Sequence record: PQ287642.1
Strand: one strand, 5' to 3'
DNA: 64,000 nucleotides
In this document: one piece after another, positions 48,521-61,565 of the stretch
Numbering within the stretch: position 1 is the first letter of the stretch
How the letters are laid out: every line of letters starts with the position of its first letter
Position numbers and translations under genes: made by a program
Notes under the pieces: model-generated
What the model saw: only the letters and a program-made list of their open reading frames with translations
The model's database searches: none
Told to the model about the DNA's origin: nothing

Positions 48521-51500
48521 TTAAGTTAGCGAGAGCGGCGACGGTCGATTTTGAGCCGAGGTCGATCTCATTAACGTGGAGGTCATACTATTATTTCCTC
48601 CAGCTTGGGTTTTCGAAGCTTCTTTGGTACCACTGTCCTTTTGTTCGTTCAATTGTACCAAACGCTTGAGATGATCACGCATCTCAATTAACGTCTTAAG
48701 CTGCTCAGCTTGGATATCATCGATCTGTTGAGCCTTCTCGTTATTACGACGTACTTCAGCTTGACGAGTTGAATTATACTGCTGTGCTGCTTGAAGAGCT
48801 GCTTCTTGTTGAGCTTGGACCACATTACCGCCACTATCAGCAGATGGATTAGCACCGCTAGTAGTTGTCCCACCCACAGGGTTCATTGGGGTAATACCTG
48901 GAAGTACCGGCGTTTGGGCAGCAGTACCAGTGGCACTGTAAGCTTCTTCGCGAGCAACAGCTGCATTGCCTGCATTGTTACTATCATCAGTATTCCATAG
49001 TTCAGCAGCAGATGCTTTGGCATTAGCCTTAGCTTGTTCTTCTGTTGCCTCATCAGTGGTCATTGTCTTACCAGCTTCCTGTGTAGCTACAGAGCTACCT
49101 TCAGCCCCACCGCGATGCTTCGCGATCTTCTCTTCGAACATTTGATAGATTTCCCCGAGTGTACGGGGTTGTCCACCTTTCTTGTAGAAGATAGGTCGGT
49201 TAGCAGATGCGGCTTCTGGGAAAACAGATGCGCCGATAGTATCCTGATTACGAGTCAAGAACTTACGAGCTCCACCTGGACCCATGAAGTGTGCGATATA
49301 TAGGTCAACGTCCGTAGGATCACGACCTAATGCATCTTTGAGGTAAGTGTAGTTATCTTTAAGGAAGCATGCACCCATTAAGGCGTTGATACGTGGATCA
49401 ACACGTAAACTACGCTGGGCGTCGTCTGGAGGTATACCGAACTTGGAGCCATGTTTCGCCAACATTGCGTCCCAGGTACTATTGATAAACTGGAACCATC
49501 CGGTTGCAGACGATGTCTTAGCTTTGACAGTATAATCAAAACCAGACTCAAGTGATGCAAAGATGAACAGCAGCTCTACAGGAATACCGACCATCGCAGC
49601 AACTGCTTGGAATGTTTCAGCAGCAGCTTGACGAGACTTGTTAGCTTTCGGATATGGAATCTGTTCCCAAGCGCCACCGTTACCCTTCGTCAGAGTTCCG
49701 TATGTACGACCTGTTGCAGATACCTCACCAGCCATACCAAGCTTGTATTGCGCAGTCGCTGTAGCGTCGGACATGTAGTCCATTGCTTTAGCGCCAGCTG
49801 CCTTGGTATTATTCCATGCATTACTCACTGTTTCTTTAGTAGACTCCCAAGTATTCGAGATAGAAGCCATTGCCCTCTCGGCAAAGCTGCCACCTGCGGC
49901 TGCACTTTGTGTTCCAGCTGCTTGGTCACCAGCAGATTGAGTCGGCGTAGACATGATGTCTTTGCTTGCATCTTTCTTCAGTTGTTCCAAATCAGCTTCA
50001 GCCATTTTCTTGAGATCGTCTTTACTTCCCTTAATCGGGAAAATGGAATCAACCTGCCATACGCTAGAGCCATCAAAATCAGTGACGCCCAGTACAGCAT
50101 TACCCACGATAACGGCATCGCTGGGTTTAAGTTTAGATTCCATGTTCGCAATGGTTGTTCCTTGAGTCGAACTACGCATTGCTCCGTAGTAAGCACGAGC
50201 AACAGGCATGAATCGACCAACGAACCAATCGTAGTAAGCCGAACGATCTTCGTCACTACCAACGATATCCTTACCAAACAGCGGTGCTGTTTCTTGCATG
50301 ATAGATTCTAGGTCACCACGGAATTCAGGAATACCACCCTGAATAGATAGACCATCAAATACCATTGCCTCAGCATTTAGAAGAGGATAGACATTGTAGA
50401 AACTCAGTACTTCTAAACCGTAAGCACGCATCCGGATGGATTGGAGTGCAGTTAGTTTAGTGGTAGCTGCCGAGGTTGCGACTATGGGTGCACCAGTTGA
50501 ACCACCTAGGCCAGGGAAAGCTTTCTTAGCAGCAGCCAAAGGCATTGCTGATTTAGTAGGATCCATTGGACTCGGTGTAGTTTTACCAGTTGCAGTATCC
50601 GCCGCTTTCTTGGCGATATCCTGAGCTTTAGTAGCTACTTCGGTATTAGCCGCTGTAGCCGGTACAGCATCTTCTTTCTTCTCACCCGCTTTATAGCGAA
50701 CGTATAGAGCTTTCCATAGTTGATCGGCTGCTGGGATGGTATCTTCCAATTCACCTTCTTCAGAGAATGGATCGACACGATACTGCATCGGTGTATCACC
50801 AGATACAGAAATCTTAACAGCTTTAACTAATGGTCCTTTCAGTTCTTGTGGGAACTTACTATCGATATCAACGAGTTTAACTTCATTCTTCTTGAGTTTA
50901 GCTAATGCCTTAACCCAAGTCAGGAAGACAGGACGGAAACGCATTTCCAACCAGCGAGACATCCGCATTACTTGGACTTCATTCTTAACGTCAATACCAA
51001 GAATGTCAAGAATAGCCTTACCACCAACTCCACTGATATTAAAGTCAGGTTCTTCTGTCCGTTCAGTTACGCGATCAAAAGCATCTTCAAGCGCAGAGAC
51101 TTTCTGTTGCTGATCATGATCAGTGATACCGTATTGCAGCATTCGAAGACGACGGAACTCTGCCCTCTGGTCATTCATTTGACCAAAGATAGGTTTCAGG
51201 ATATAACGTGCAGTTAATTGTCCAAGTGGATTAAGACTCATCGCAGTCAGGATACCTGTCTGCTTTGCATCCATTCCATCTTTACTATAACCATACGCCA
51301 TGGCGCCTGTACCTACAGCAGCAGCGGTACCTCCAAGGAGCCAAGGAACTGCGCGTTTAGCAAGGCCCATTAAACGACCTTTAGCGCCACCTTTCATACC
51401 TCCGCCCATAAGCACGTCGAACGCACCAGAGCCTTCTTCACCTTCGGTACCGGTAAGTTTACTGAAGATACCTTTCAGTCCATCGGATAACCCCTTCAGG

Positions 51501-54500
51501 ACTTTATTTTCAGCTTTACCAGTATCCCCATCTCCTTTCCCCTTCAATTTATCCATCAAGCCAGCAGCGCCTTCTTTGGCCTTTTCTGCTTTATCCTGCC
51601 AACTACCAGCTCGGAGCTTTTCTGGAACTTGTGCTTGAAGAGTTTCAAGAATGCGACCCAATAGTACTTGATCAGTTGTTTCGAAGTCTTCGTATGGTAC
51701 GCGTTCAAAGATACGTCCAAGAACGTTACCACCCGCTTTAGCGAAACCACCTAACACTTTCTTAGCTGCACCTCCATAGAACTTACCCGTCTTCTTCAAT
51801 GCCCAACCCATGTACTTCATGGAAGCATCGATATACTTCGAACGAGCAGCGCGAATACCACGCCATACAGTCTTACGGATGATACCTTTATTCTTAGCTA
51901 AGATATGTTTGGTACCGTCGTAGTTCTTAAGGTCTTTATACAGAGATGGTTCTATTACAGGTTCGCCTCTCTCGTTAAAGATCGTGCCATACACATCACC
52001 AAAGTTTTCAATGACGCGACCTTTATCATCGAAGTACTTACCGGCATTAACTAGTCTTCGTTCGAGTACAGGTACATCATCACCAGGTAAATAAGCGTTC
52101 TGAGTTTCAATCGCGAAGTTGAATAGGGCCGAACCCATACCGATCGCTGTCTTAGCACCAAACTTCAGTGCGTTCCACGCTAAGGTAGATGTATTCGTTG
52201 CCATGAACTTGGCACCCCAACCCGCTACATTTGCTAGACGCCGACCTGTCTTGGTAAGACGCCAACGTTTACGAGTAGCACGCGACCATAGACCGGAAGC
52301 TAGTTCCTTAGCAGTTGCGATAATAGATCCATTCTTATCAAGTACATCACCTTTGATGTCTTGCATCGAATTAATCTGGTCACCATCTGCGTTGAAGTAT
52401 TCACCGTTCTTTAGACCACGAGCAGAGATAGTGGGTTCTTGCTCACCATCCAAATACCAGTCGTGCTTATCATCTTCAGCTGCTTGTTTTTGCTGTGCGT
52501 TTTCACCTTCAGCAAACTGTTGAGCAGGAGGCGTTTGTCCACCCATTAAAGCACCGCGGATTTTATCCGCTGCGTTGCTCATGAAGGCAGGTAATTCAAG
52601 ACGCATTCCTTTCTTATCAAACAGACCTTGTGCAACTTCAGATGCTGTTAGAACCGTCGTGCCAGTTGTAGAAACAACCTTACCGGTAATGTCGTGTACA
52701 GATTCGATAATCTTTTTGGTATTAAAGTCAACAAGGTTACCTTGAACAAAATCAATACCTTTAATGATGGGTTCATTTGGATTAAACTTTGTGAACACAT
52801 CAATGATCTTATCTTTCTGACCGATTGCATATTGGGTTGGATCATTCTGGAACTGATCCATGTGTTCTCCAAACTTAGCACGTGTCTTAGAATAGAGATC
52901 TTGACCCATTACATTCGCATCATTCCAAGCTCCTTGCAGACCAGCAACGTAAGGACCAAATTGGCCATTACGCATGTTGTTAGCAAAGTCATGGATACCG
53001 GCGCCGTGCTTATTGTTCAGGTACTGGAATTTCCCCTGTGCAATACGGCTGTAGCGAGATAGTTCTTTCTTGATTCGATCTTCTTGTGGTGCATGTTTAT
53101 TTCGGAAACGACGCATTGCATTAAGCGCATTGGCTTTAGCTGCACCTGGGTAAGCAGGACCAAAGAAGTTCTTATCATTCATATCACCAGAAGCTTCAGG
53201 TTGATAGTCACCATTAACCCATGGGTTGGTATCAGTAACGCCAGAGCGCATGATCTCCCAAATACGGTTATAGTTTATCCTATCTTGTCCTTGTTCAGTA
53301 ATGATGATACCGAGCATCCGTAAAGGTTCAGTTTGACCAGCATTAATAAGACGATGTACTTCTTTAACTGGGTCACGACTTACAGAACGAATGTCAAGGA
53401 AGGCACGAGAGTATTCATCCCGTAGACGATGGTTTTCAGCATTATCTGCCATTTTACCTTTATCGTCATACTGGAACTTACTCTTAAAGAACCTTTGAAT
53501 TTCATCCGTGGTTGTGGCATCCAAGCCATCCATATAACCGCCGGATTTAAGGTAAGCTTCTGGATCAAATCTACGGTTTGTAGACGCATCGCGAAGCATA
53601 CGTTCACCAAGTGCCTTACGTGCAGCTGGAGAAAGTTTACCCTCTTCATCCATCAAGTTCAATGTGTCATTAATGGCACCACTCGCACTTCGAATTGCTG
53701 CTGCTGGAATAATCTTCTTCTGAAGACGATCATCCGACAGCGATTGAACTTCGAATCGACCAGTTGTAATATCGAATACTTCACGCTCGATATCATCGCG
53801 ACCAGTGCGAATCATTCGCAATTCTTGAAGCTGGCGAGACAGGTAACCTGGGATGACTTCAACGATACTACGCTGCGTCAATTGGTTAAAGGCCGCGCCT
53901 TGATCAATTGTTTGATAGTTTCCGTTTTCCAAACGATCGTTCATGTGGTACTGAGGAACGAATGGCATAATAGCATCACGAATAACGCCACGGAAACCAT
54001 AAGTGTTTTGGTAGTTATTAACGAACTCTTGTAGATATGCTGGAACGTTGTCTAGGGCATACCCTACCTGATGATGGCGTCCACCAAAACGGTTGGATAG
54101 TTTTTCCATAGTCGGACGAACTTTACGACCTGCCCATGGAACAATAGACGATTTAAGGATATCGGCACCGTATTCACCGGCGATTTGACCAGCGAACTTA
54201 TAGCGATTATCCCAAACGGATGAACCAGCCATATCGCCCATGCGTAGACCGGCTACGATCTCCGATAGACGTCCGCCCAGGCCGCTGGCAACACGTTCGT
54301 TTACTTTGTTACCATAACTACCCAAGAAGCCATGAAGGCCCTGTGCAGCTCCGCCAGCTAGGCGTCCGAGCATGTTGCCCCGGCCGCGACCTGAACCAAA
54401 ACTGGTTAGATCGCCAACATTGCCTTTCTTGTAGTCTGGTAAGCCGGTATTACGAACTAATGCTTCATAAGCCTTATTCTGCAATTCAAGATTAGCTTCT

Positions 54501-55291
54501 TGTACTTTAACAAGATCCCTAATACCCATGTAGGTACGGAACTGAAGTTCAAGGCCTTTACGTTGAATTCCATAATTAACTTGTTCGTTATATCCTACAA
54601 GACGAGTTAGACTATCTACAGCCATCCCCATCGAACGGGACATAAAGTCAAAGCGTCCAGCACTTACTTTATCACGGATTCCACGTTCTGCTCTTTCAAC
54701 GGCAGCGCGGGCAACTGCACCCTGTTCACTACGTTGGAAGTTTTCTCTGCTTACCAGCGTATTCTGATCGAGAGCAGCTTTAATTACATTTGCATCATCA
54801 TTTTCTTGCCGACGACGACGAATAGCGATTTGGTCCCTTTGGGAATCCACTTCGTACTGATATTGTTCAACCTTTCTGGTGAGCGTATCAGAGATATTTT
54901 CGTATAAGGCATTTGGAATGCGATCTTTTAACTGGGGTAGATAATCCTGTGCTTTACGACCAAGGTAATCTAGGTCGGATGCATTGACTCTTTCGACCGT
55001 ATCTTTGATATCGGTTACCGAAGCCATTACATCATCATAGGCACCAAAAAGACGCGCGAAACCATCAGGCGCTGCGCTTCGTAAGAAATTCCTTACGATG
55101 TCTTTGGTTTTCAATCCACCGAGGAAGCCCTCTTTCAGACCAGATTTGAAATCGGTTACTGGATCACCAGGTTTGGTGGTTTCACCGACATCATCAAACA
55201 GGTCGTCCAGCTCATTAAGGTCAAGTACACCAATTCTGTTCTGGGCATTCATCCCAGCAGGTTTTGGCAGCTTGGTCTTTTTTGTAGCCAT
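48521..55291 (-). CDS. Giant tail protein with C-terminal lytic transglycosylase (phiKZ gp181-like)
   Basis: About 2256 aa; SLT motif [26 protein letters not shown]; hydrophobic segments; divergent from vRNAP genes. Confidence 0.85.
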   Translation of the reverse strand: MATKKTKLPKPAGMNAQNRIGVLDLNELDDLFDDVGETTKPGDPVTDFKSGLKEGFLGGLKTKDIVRNFLRSAAPDGFARLFGAYDDVMASVTDIKDTVERVNASDLDYLGRKAQDYLPQLKDRIPNALYENISDTLTRKVEQYQYEVDSQRDQIAIRRRRQENDDANVIKAALDQNTLVSRENFQRSEQGAVARAAVERAERGIRDKVSAGRFDFMSRSMGMAVDSLTRLVGYNEQVNYGIQRKGLELQFRTYMGIRDLVKVQEANLELQNKAYEALVRNTGLPDYKKGNVGDLTSFGSGRGRGNMLGRLAGGAAQGLHGFLGSYGNKVNERVASGLGGRLSEIVAGLRMGDMAGSSVWDNRYKFAGQIAGEYGADILKSSIVPWAGRKVRPTMEKLSNRFGGRHHQVGYALDNVPAYLQEFVNNYQNTYGFRGVIRDAIMPFVPQYHMNDRLENGNYQTIDQGAAFNQLTQRSIVEVIPGYLSRQLQELRMIRTGRDDIEREVFDITTGRFEVQSLSDDRLQKKIIPAAAIRSASGAINDTLNLMDEEGKLSPAARKALGERMLRDASTNRRFDPEAYLKSGGYMDGLDATTTDEIQRFFKSKFQYDDKGKMADNAENHRLRDEYSRAFLDIRSVSRDPVKEVHRLINAGQTEPLRMLGIIITEQGQDRINYNRIWEIMRSGVTDTNPWVNGDYQPEASGDMNDKNFFGPAYPGAAKANALNAMRRFRNKHAPQEDRIKKELSRYSRIAQGKFQYLNNKHGAGIHDFANNMRNGQFGPYVAGLQGAWNDANVMGQDLYSKTRAKFGEHMDQFQNDPTQYAIGQKDKIIDVFTKFNPNEPIIKGIDFVQGNLVDFNTKKIIESVHDITGKVVSTTGTTVLTASEVAQGLFDKKGMRLELPAFMSNAADKIRGALMGGQTPPAQQFAEGENAQQKQAAEDDKHDWYLDGEQEPTISARGLKNGEYFNADGDQINSMQDIKGDVLDKNGSIIATAKELASGLWSRATRKRWRLTKTGRRLANVAGWGAKFMATNTSTLAWNALKFGAKTAIGMGSALFNFAIETQNAYLPGDDVPVLERRLVNAGKYFDDKGRVIENFGDVYGTIFNERGEPVIEPSLYKDLKNYDGTKHILAKNKGIIRKTVWRGIRAARSKYIDASMKYMGWALKKTGKFYGGAAKKVLGGFAKAGGNVLGRIFERVPYEDFETTDQVLLGRILETLQAQVPEKLRAGSWQDKAEKAKEGAAGLMDKLKGKGDGDTGKAENKVLKGLSDGLKGIFSKLTGTEGEEGSGAFDVLMGGGMKGGAKGRLMGLAKRAVPWLLGGTAAAVGTGAMAYGYSKDGMDAKQTGILTAMSLNPLGQLTARYILKPIFGQMNDQRAEFRRLRMLQYGITDHDQQQKVSALEDAFDRVTERTEEPDFNISGVGGKAILDILGIDVKNEVQVMRMSRWLEMRFRPVFLTWVKALAKLKKNEVKLVDIDSKFPQELKGPLVKAVKISVSGDTPMQYRVDPFSEEGELEDTIPAADQLWKALYVRYKAGEKKEDAVPATAANTEVATKAQDIAKKAADTATGKTTPSPMDPTKSAMPLAAAKKAFPGLGGSTGAPIVATSAATTKLTALQSIRMRAYGLEVLSFYNVYPLLNAEAMVFDGLSIQGGIPEFRGDLESIMQETAPLFGKDIVGSDEDRSAYYDWFVGRFMPVARAYYGAMRSSTQGTTIANMESKLKPSDAVIVGNAVLGVTDFDGSSVWQVDSIFPIKGSKDDLKKMAEADLEQLKKDASKDIMSTPTQSAGDQAAGTQSAAAGGSFAERAMASISNTWESTKETVSNAWNNTKAAGAKAMDYMSDATATAQYKLGMAGEVSATGRTYGTLTKGNGGAWEQIPYPKANKSRQAAAETFQAVAAMVGIPVELLFIFASLESGFDYTVKAKTSSATGWFQFINSTWDAMLAKHGSKFGIPPDDAQRSLRVDPRINALMGACFLKDNYTYLKDALGRDPTDVDLYIAHFMGPGGARKFLTRNQDTIGASVFPEAASANRPIFYKKGGQPRTLGEIYQMFEEKIAKHRGGAEGSSVATQEAGKTMTTDEATEEQAKANAKASAAELWNTDDSNNAGNAAVAREEAYSATGTAAQTPVLPGITPMNPVGGTTTSGANPSADSGGNVVQAQQEAALQAAQQYNSTRQAEVRRNNEKAQQIDDIQAEQLKTLIEMRDHLKRLVQLNEQKDSGTKEASKTQAGGNNSMTSTLMRSTSAQNRPSPLSLT

Positions 55292-55316
55292 GGTCAACTC
55301 CATCGATATAAACAAT

Positions 55317-55320
55317 CATA
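55317..55320 (-). promoter_or_regulatory. Possible late promoter TATG for the gp181-like gene
   Basis: TATG about 26 nt upstream of ATG in the divergent gap; phiKZ late consensus recalled; 4-mer is weak evidence. Confidence 0.35.
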
Positions 55321-55358
55321 TCGTTTAGCTTTTTGTAACCCCTAAGAGGAAATTTGAA

Positions 55359-57011
55359 ATGAAGAAGGCACTAGTCCCATTCAACATTGATCTTTTGATT
55401 CCGACCCAAGCACAGCTTTCGATGTTGGGACAAGTAACTAGCCACGAGATCTTCGAAGGTACCGGTGGTAACTTTCATGAGAAAGGTTTATTCTCCGTAG
55501 AGATTTTCGGACGAGTAGGCTCTACTGAACGTGAAGGTCGATTCGGTTATATCAACATGGGTCTTGAGATTATCCACCCTGTGATCTATCGTAACCTTAT
55601 TAAACTAAAGGCTTTCTACGAAGAGATCATTCTTGGTAAATCATTCGCTGTATTTGATCCAGTTGCTAAAGACTTCGTACGTTCCAATGAGCTTGAAGGT
55701 AAAACCGGTTACGCCTTTTTCTTTGATAACTGGAAGAAGATCGATTTCGGTGAAACTAAATCATCTATTCGTCGAGTACGGGTAGAGTTGATGAAGAAGT
55801 ACATGAAAAACTGTACATTCAAAAACATGCTCGTTATTCCAGCTGCATATCGTGAGGCCGAGATTGATGTTGATGGCCGTGTATCGATGGACGAAGTTAA
55901 CGAACACTATCGATATCTGCTTAACCAGTCTTATGGTGTTCCTGAATATTTCGGACCTAATGACGATCTGAGTATTTATGATCGTAAGCGTACTTCGATG
56001 CAGTTGACTGCTCTTGCGATTTATAACCATTACGAAAACCTATTATCTGGCAAGGGTGGTTATATTCAACAGAAATGGGCATCTCGTCGAGTATTTAATG
56101 GTACTCGTAACGTTATTAGTTCGCTTGATACCAATGCTGCTGATCTTGATCAGCCAAACCGTCCTAAGTTCAAAGATGCCGTAATTGGTATTTATCAAGC
56201 AGCTGTATCCGTTAAACCAAAGACTATTTACCATTTACGCAATGGTGTTGTCGGTCAAGTCTTCGATAGTCTCTCTACTCGTGTTGAGCTTATCAATAAG
56301 AAGACATTGAAACTGGAATGGGTTAATATTAGTAACGAAGAGATGGACCTATGGGGAACTCCCGAAGGTCTTGAACGCGTTATTGGTGAACTAAAGGTCA
56401 TCGAAAAGCGTTCTCGTGCAATTGAGATCGCTGGGCATTATTTGGCATTGGTCTATCTTGATGACAAGCAAAACTTCAAGATTTTTAGGGATATTGAAGA
56501 AATGCCGAAGAAGCTCGACAAGAAGTTCGTGCGTCCTATTTCCTATGCTGAATTGATTTACCTAAGCGGATTACCTATGTGGAAAAGAAACTCCGCATTC
56601 GTTACTCGTTACCCTGTTGAGAACTATAACAGTTCTATTCCTGTAAAGATGTACGTGAAGACAACTGTTAAAGGTGAGATGCGCTACCCACTTGGTTGGG
56701 ACTGGGAACGAGATACTAATGCTGAGATCGCATTAGAATATCCAATCATCACTATTAACGAACCGGCGCAATGGCATGACTCCACGTCTATTTCCCCGTC
56801 TATTCTTGCTCCTCTTGGTGCGGACTTCGACGGTGATACCGTGTCATTCAACGCCGTGTATTCTAAAGAGGCTATTGAAGAATCCGATCGATTCTTTAAA
56901 TCTCGTTTAGCTTATATCAAGGCTGGTGGTGGTCTTGCATTCAGTGTCAACATCCACACGCTTAATCTAACTCTCCGGTATATGACTGGGGAACCGAAAA
57001 GTAGGATTTAA
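55359..57011 (+). CDS. Virion RNA polymerase beta-prime N-terminal subunit (phiKZ gp180-like)
   Basis: GLFSVEIFG, K.GYIQ.K...RRV, RYP and catalytic GADFDGD near the C-terminus. Confidence 0.9.
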   Translation: MKKALVPFNIDLLIPTQAQLSMLGQVTSHEIFEGTGGNFHEKGLFSVEIFGRVGSTEREGRFGYINMGLEIIHPVIYRNLIKLKAFYEEIILGKSFAVFDPVAKDFVRSNELEGKTGYAFFFDNWKKIDFGETKSSIRRVRVELMKKYMKNCTFKNMLVIPAAYREAEIDVDGRVSMDEVNEHYRYLLNQSYGVPEYFGPNDDLSIYDRKRTSMQLTALAIYNHYENLLSGKGGYIQQKWASRRVFNGTRNVISSLDTNAADLDQPNRPKFKDAVIGIYQAAVSVKPKTIYHLRNGVVGQVFDSLSTRVELINKKTLKLEWVNISNEEMDLWGTPEGLERVIGELKVIEKRSRAIEIAGHYLALVYLDDKQNFKIFRDIEEMPKKLDKKFVRPISYAELIYLSGLPMWKRNSAFVTRYPVENYNSSIPVKMYVKTTVKGEMRYPLGWDWERDTNAEIALEYPIITINEPAQWHDSTSISPSILAPLGADFDGDTVSFNAVYSKEAIEESDRFFKSRLAYIKAGGGLAFSVNIHTLNLTLRYMTGEPKSRI

Positions 57012-57013
57012 CC

Positions 57014-60000
57014 ATGCGTTTGAAAATTCATCAGTTTCTGAAGAATTACAGTCTTCGAAACTCAGGCGAACTACTGCGTCCTCGTCTGTTCCCGTTGACG
57101 AAGCTAGAGCTACCCCAAGAGGTAGTGTATCAGTTCCTTGATGACAACGCTGCTGTAAAGGGTCCGAGTCAATCGGACCCCCTCTTTGCTAAGTTGCAGG
57201 GAAAGGTGTTCATTGAACACATTACACAGCTAGAAACACTCGATGGTAACGCTCGGCGTACTACTCTTATTCCGACTACCCTTGAAGCTGATTTCCGTCG
57301 CCAACACCGTTTCTTCAAACCACTGCGTAAAGATGCGGCTGTAAAACTCAATATTCAAAACGTTGCTGTGTTTAACTACAGCATGCTAAACCCACTCTGG
57401 AAGTACCAAGCTAATTTCAAATCTAACTGGTATCGCTGGAGTAACAACACCGCTACCTTCTGGAAAGGTGTTGTTGATGTACATAAACGCTTTGGTTGGA
57501 ATCAGTTCATCGAACTCCATATTCCAGAATCCATGCCAACGTTTAATGAATTTAAGATGTTAGAGCGCGGCACCACTCAGGCACTACTTGAGAAATTCCG
57601 TACTAACGCTGTATTAAACGTTTTCGATCTTTATCGTTTCCTTGGTGATAATCGATCTTCGTCTTATATGTCGATCGTACCTAAAGAAGCTTACGAAAAG
57701 ATTAACTTCCTGATTCGTGTCCAGAATAACTTCTTTGTTATTAACCTTGGACAACTTGAAGCATGGCGTGATGCACCAGAAGTAATAGCAGAACAAGAGA
57801 CCGTAGCTACTGAAAGTTTTGTGGATGAACTCGGTCTTGAAGTTTTCTATAAACCGGATGTAATGCAACGTCGAGTTATCAGCCTGTTGACTACTTTGGT
57901 TGAGTTCAATAATGGTAACGACACTCTAATGGAAGTCGAACCTGAAACTCCAAAGATCACTGACCTGATCGAACCCGAAGATAAGGTTGACACAGACGAC
58001 GAAGAAGTCGAAGAAGTTACAGAACGTGCTGAAGAAACTGAAGAAGCTAACGACATTGATGCGATCGATGATTCCAATGCAACTGGATCTAATGTTAGCA
58101 CATTACTCGATCTCGGGATGCTCGAAGTTGTTTATGATCCACCGCCTGAATCCGAGCTTGAGAAAACTACTCTCGTCATCGAGAAAGATCCGCTCGAAAC
58201 GGCGCCGATCAATAAAACACCAACTCTCAAAGTAGAGACAGCCCCGGTAACTAAATCGGTCGTACCTGCTTTTAGTAGCGGTGACGCTTTAGTAGACCCT
58301 GTTGGACAAAAAGCATTTGAACTGTATCAAGTTGGCATGATCTCTGGTCGTTCGTTTGAACAAGCCGTTGATGATGCTTCTATGTACAAGTCTATTCCAG
58401 ATCCATTTGGATCTGGTAAAACTATCGCTGAGGCGATGGTTTATGAAGAAGAAGACTTTAAAGTACCAGTCGAACAGTTCGCTGATAAATCCACGATTAC
58501 TGATAAATCGATGTTGGGTTCTATTCACAAATCGATGATGCGTAAGTACACGAAGACTCTTCTACCTAAAGACATCATGCAATCTATCTTGTCTGTTCAA
58601 GCGCAAGGTGTTGCAGTAACTGATGTTCGTATGGAAGAAGTACGTGACGCGATGAACCATTATCAGTCGTTCACTGTAACAGTCAAGCCTATTCGTGGCC
58701 GACCTTCTCAACTGCGCTTCCGTATTCCAGTTATCGATCGCGATGGACGTTTCCGTTCTAATGGTGTAACTTATCGTCAGCGTCTGCAACGTGCGGATAT
58801 TCCAATCCGTAAAGTAAACCCACTTAAAGTTGCTCTGACAAGTTATTACAATAAGACATTCGTTACACGTTCTGAACGAGCAGAAAACAACTACGATACT
58901 TGGTTGATTCGACAGATTGGTGTTAGGGCAAGAGATAATAACGATGTCTCTGTAACTGAGGTGCGTTATGCAGAACTAGACCAGTCTATGTTCGTTCTAC
59001 CGCGAGTGTACTCTGCATTGGGTAGAGCTTATCGTTCTTTCAAGAACGGAGCAAATGAGTTCTATTTTAAGTTCGATGACCATGCCGAATATTTCCAAAA
59101 GACTTACGGTATTTCGGTAGAAGCATTAGAGAAAGATGGGATGGTTGTAGTAGGCGCCCATAATCGGTTACCTATTCTAGTTGACAGCTCGTCTCAGTTC
59201 TATGTTAAAGAAGGTAATGAACTTGAACCCATGGGCACCATGGTAGATATCCTAGGTCTTAATCAGGTTAAAGCTCCTCTTGAAGCTATTCTAGTTTCAG
59301 TTGCTAACAAAGAGCTTCCACTTGGTTTCATTCTTGGTTATCGCCAAGGCCTGTCCACTCTACTTGATACACTTGGAGTTCAATACCAAAGCCATCCGCG
59401 TGGCACTCGCATTAGCGTTAGTCCTGATGATTATACACTGGCATTCTCTGACGAGATCCTTGTATTCAGTCGTCAAGATTATCGTGCGACATTGGTGTTG
59501 TCCGGGCTGAAACGTTACCATCAATCTTTGAAGAAGTTCTCTCGATGGGACTTTGACCGGCGTGATGTTTACTTCCGTCTATTAGAAGAAGCTGGTATGT
59601 CTGCCCGATATACTCGTGAAATCGATGGCTTGTTTACTTCTTTCGTTGACCCGATCACAAAAGGTCTTCTGGAAGAAATGAAAGAACCTACTGATTTCCA
59701 AGGGCTACTGTATCGTTCCGTAGAGCTGCTAACTAATGACTGGTCACCAGCAGAAGTAGATGGTGCATATATGCGCTATCGTGGTTATGAACGCATGGCA
59801 GGAACTATCTACGGTAGTCTGAACCGCGCTGTTCGTATCTACAACAACCGTGAAGGTTCTGCGGATCAACAGATCGTGATGGACCAACACGAAGTTTGGC
59901 GTAAGATTGCATCTGACCCAACTGTAGCTACTATTGAAGATTCTAACCCAATCGCTAACTTGCGTGAGCAAGAAGCCATGACTTATCGTGGTGATGGTGG

Positions 60001-61375
60001 TCGTGGGTCGACTTCAATGGTTGCCCGTACACGTATCTACCATGAATCTGACGTGGGTGTAGTTTCTGAATCCACTGTAGACTCTGGTGATGTGGGTGTA
60101 ATCGCTTATCTATCTCCTGATGCTAACTTTAACAGCATGCGTGGTACAACTCGGTTGTTTGAGAAAGGTAAGGATGGCGCCGCTAAGATGCTATCTACCG
60201 GTGCTCTCACCGGGGTTGCTACAACAAACGATGACCCGAAACGGATTAACTTCGTTAGTATTCAGCAACAGCAAGGTATCTATGCAGATGGCTATGAGGT
60301 AACTCCTCTTCGCACTGGTTATGAGCAGATTATCGCTCAACGTACCAGTTCGATCTTTGCGTCTGCTGCCGAACAAGATGGAGAGGTGATTGCAGTAGAC
60401 GGTCATGGCATTACAGTTAAATATGCTGACGGTGAGATCTTTAGTTCTCAGCTTGGAACCGTTCATGGTACTGCTGCGGGTGTAAACTATCCGCATACTC
60501 TCGTTACCACACTTAAGAAGGGTGATAAGTTCAAACGCGGTGATACGCTTACTTTCAATAGTAAGTATTTTACCGAAGATCGTTATACCCCTGGACAAGT
60601 TCTTTGGAAAGCTGGTGTCATGGTTCGTGTTGCATTCTGCGATAACCTTGATACACTTGAAGACGGATCTGTTATTAGTAAAGACGTGGCTATTAAGCTT
60701 AATACTCAGACAACTGACATCAAGAACATTACTGTTCGATTTGATCAGTCGATTGAGAATTTGGTCAAAGTTGGAGAACACGTAGACTTGGATTCAATTC
60801 TATGTACTATTCAAGACCCCGAAATGGCCGAGAACTCTCTGTTTGGTGCCGCTGCTATTGAAACACTGAAGAAACTTTCGGCTAATGCACCCCGTGCTAA
60901 AGTCGTAGGGACCATCTCTAAAATCGAATGTTACTATCATGGTGACATTGAAGACATGTCCAGTAATCTTCAGAAGATAGCCAGAGCATCTGATAAAGAG
61001 AGAGCCGATAGGGCCAAGTCGTTGAACGAACCAGAATTCACAGGTGAAGTCGACGCATCCTTCCGTGTTAAAGGTCAAATGCTTGAACCTGACAACATGG
61101 TTATCCGAATCTACATCGACCATGATATCCCTTGTGGTACTGGTGACAAAGGTGTAGTAGCGAACCAGATGAAAACTGTATTCTCTCGGGTAATGGATGG
61201 CCGTAACGAATGTGAAGACGGTACTCCGATTGGTCTGATCTTCGGCAACACTTCGGTTGAAGAACGGATGGTCATGTCCCCTAAACTGATTGCGACCACT
61301 ACAATCTTGCAGCAAGCTCTTTCCAAGCACGTAGCTGCTCTCTATCGAGGAACCACAAATGCAAAATCAAAGTAA
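57014..61375 (+). CDS. Virion RNA polymerase beta subunit (phiKZ gp178-like)
   Basis: RFRSNGVTYR, SESTVDSGDVG, TNDDPKRINFVSIQQ, LEDG, GDK..ANQMK motifs. Confidence 0.88.
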   Translation: MRLKIHQFLKNYSLRNSGELLRPRLFPLTKLELPQEVVYQFLDDNAAVKGPSQSDPLFAKLQGKVFIEHITQLETLDGNARRTTLIPTTLEADFRRQHRFFKPLRKDAAVKLNIQNVAVFNYSMLNPLWKYQANFKSNWYRWSNNTATFWKGVVDVHKRFGWNQFIELHIPESMPTFNEFKMLERGTTQALLEKFRTNAVLNVFDLYRFLGDNRSSSYMSIVPKEAYEKINFLIRVQNNFFVINLGQLEAWRDAPEVIAEQETVATESFVDELGLEVFYKPDVMQRRVISLLTTLVEFNNGNDTLMEVEPETPKITDLIEPEDKVDTDDEEVEEVTERAEETEEANDIDAIDDSNATGSNVSTLLDLGMLEVVYDPPPESELEKTTLVIEKDPLETAPINKTPTLKVETAPVTKSVVPAFSSGDALVDPVGQKAFELYQVGMISGRSFEQAVDDASMYKSIPDPFGSGKTIAEAMVYEEEDFKVPVEQFADKSTITDKSMLGSIHKSMMRKYTKTLLPKDIMQSILSVQAQGVAVTDVRMEEVRDAMNHYQSFTVTVKPIRGRPSQLRFRIPVIDRDGRFRSNGVTYRQRLQRADIPIRKVNPLKVALTSYYNKTFVTRSERAENNYDTWLIRQIGVRARDNNDVSVTEVRYAELDQSMFVLPRVYSALGRAYRSFKNGANEFYFKFDDHAEYFQKTYGISVEALEKDGMVVVGAHNRLPILVDSSSQFYVKEGNELEPMGTMVDILGLNQVKAPLEAILVSVANKELPLGFILGYRQGLSTLLDTLGVQYQSHPRGTRISVSPDDYTLAFSDEILVFSRQDYRATLVLSGLKRYHQSLKKFSRWDFDRRDVYFRLLEEAGMSARYTREIDGLFTSFVDPITKGLLEEMKEPTDFQGLLYRSVELLTNDWSPAEVDGAYMRYRGYERMAGTIYGSLNRAVRIYNNREGSADQQIVMDQHEVWRKIASDPTVATIEDSNPIANLREQEAMTYRGDGGRGSTSMVARTRIYHESDVGVVSESTVDSGDVGVIAYLSPDANFNSMRGTTRLFEKGKDGAAKMLSTGALTGVATTNDDPKRINFVSIQQQQGIYADGYEVTPLRTGYEQIIAQRTSSIFASAAEQDGEVIAVDGHGITVKYADGEIFSSQLGTVHGTAAGVNYPHTLVTTLKKGDKFKRGDTLTFNSKYFTEDRYTPGQVLWKAGVMVRVAFCDNLDTLEDGSVISKDVAIKLNTQTTDIKNITVRFDQSIENLVKVGEHVDLDSILCTIQDPEMAENSLFGAAAIETLKKLSANAPRAKVVGTISKIECYYHGDIEDMSSNLQKIARASDKERADRAKSLNEPEFTGEVDASFRVKGQMLEPDNMVIRIYIDHDIPCGTGDKGVVANQMKTVFSRVMDGRNECEDGTPIGLIFGNTSVEERMVMSPKLIATTTILQQALSKHVAALYRGTTNAKSK

Positions 61376-61553
61376 CAACGTAGTACTCAGTCAGAACATC
61401 GCTGTTCTGACTGCTGCTGCCGAACTTGGAGCCGAAGCTTTGCTTCGCTCCATCGGCGGTGACACCTCGGCAGCTACTCTAGAAGGTGAGTATCTGACCA
61501 AAGAAGATATTCAGGCAGCTATCGTTGCCCGTATGTGCAAATTCCTCGGTTAA
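61359..61553 (+). CDS. Small hypothetical protein
   Basis: GAGG RBS; conserved position after vRNAP beta. Confidence 0.6.
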   Translation: MQNQSNNVVLSQNIAVLTAAAELGAEALLRSIGGDTSAATLEGEYLTKEDIQAAIVARMCKFLG

Positions 61554-61565
61554 TTAGGAGTCAAC

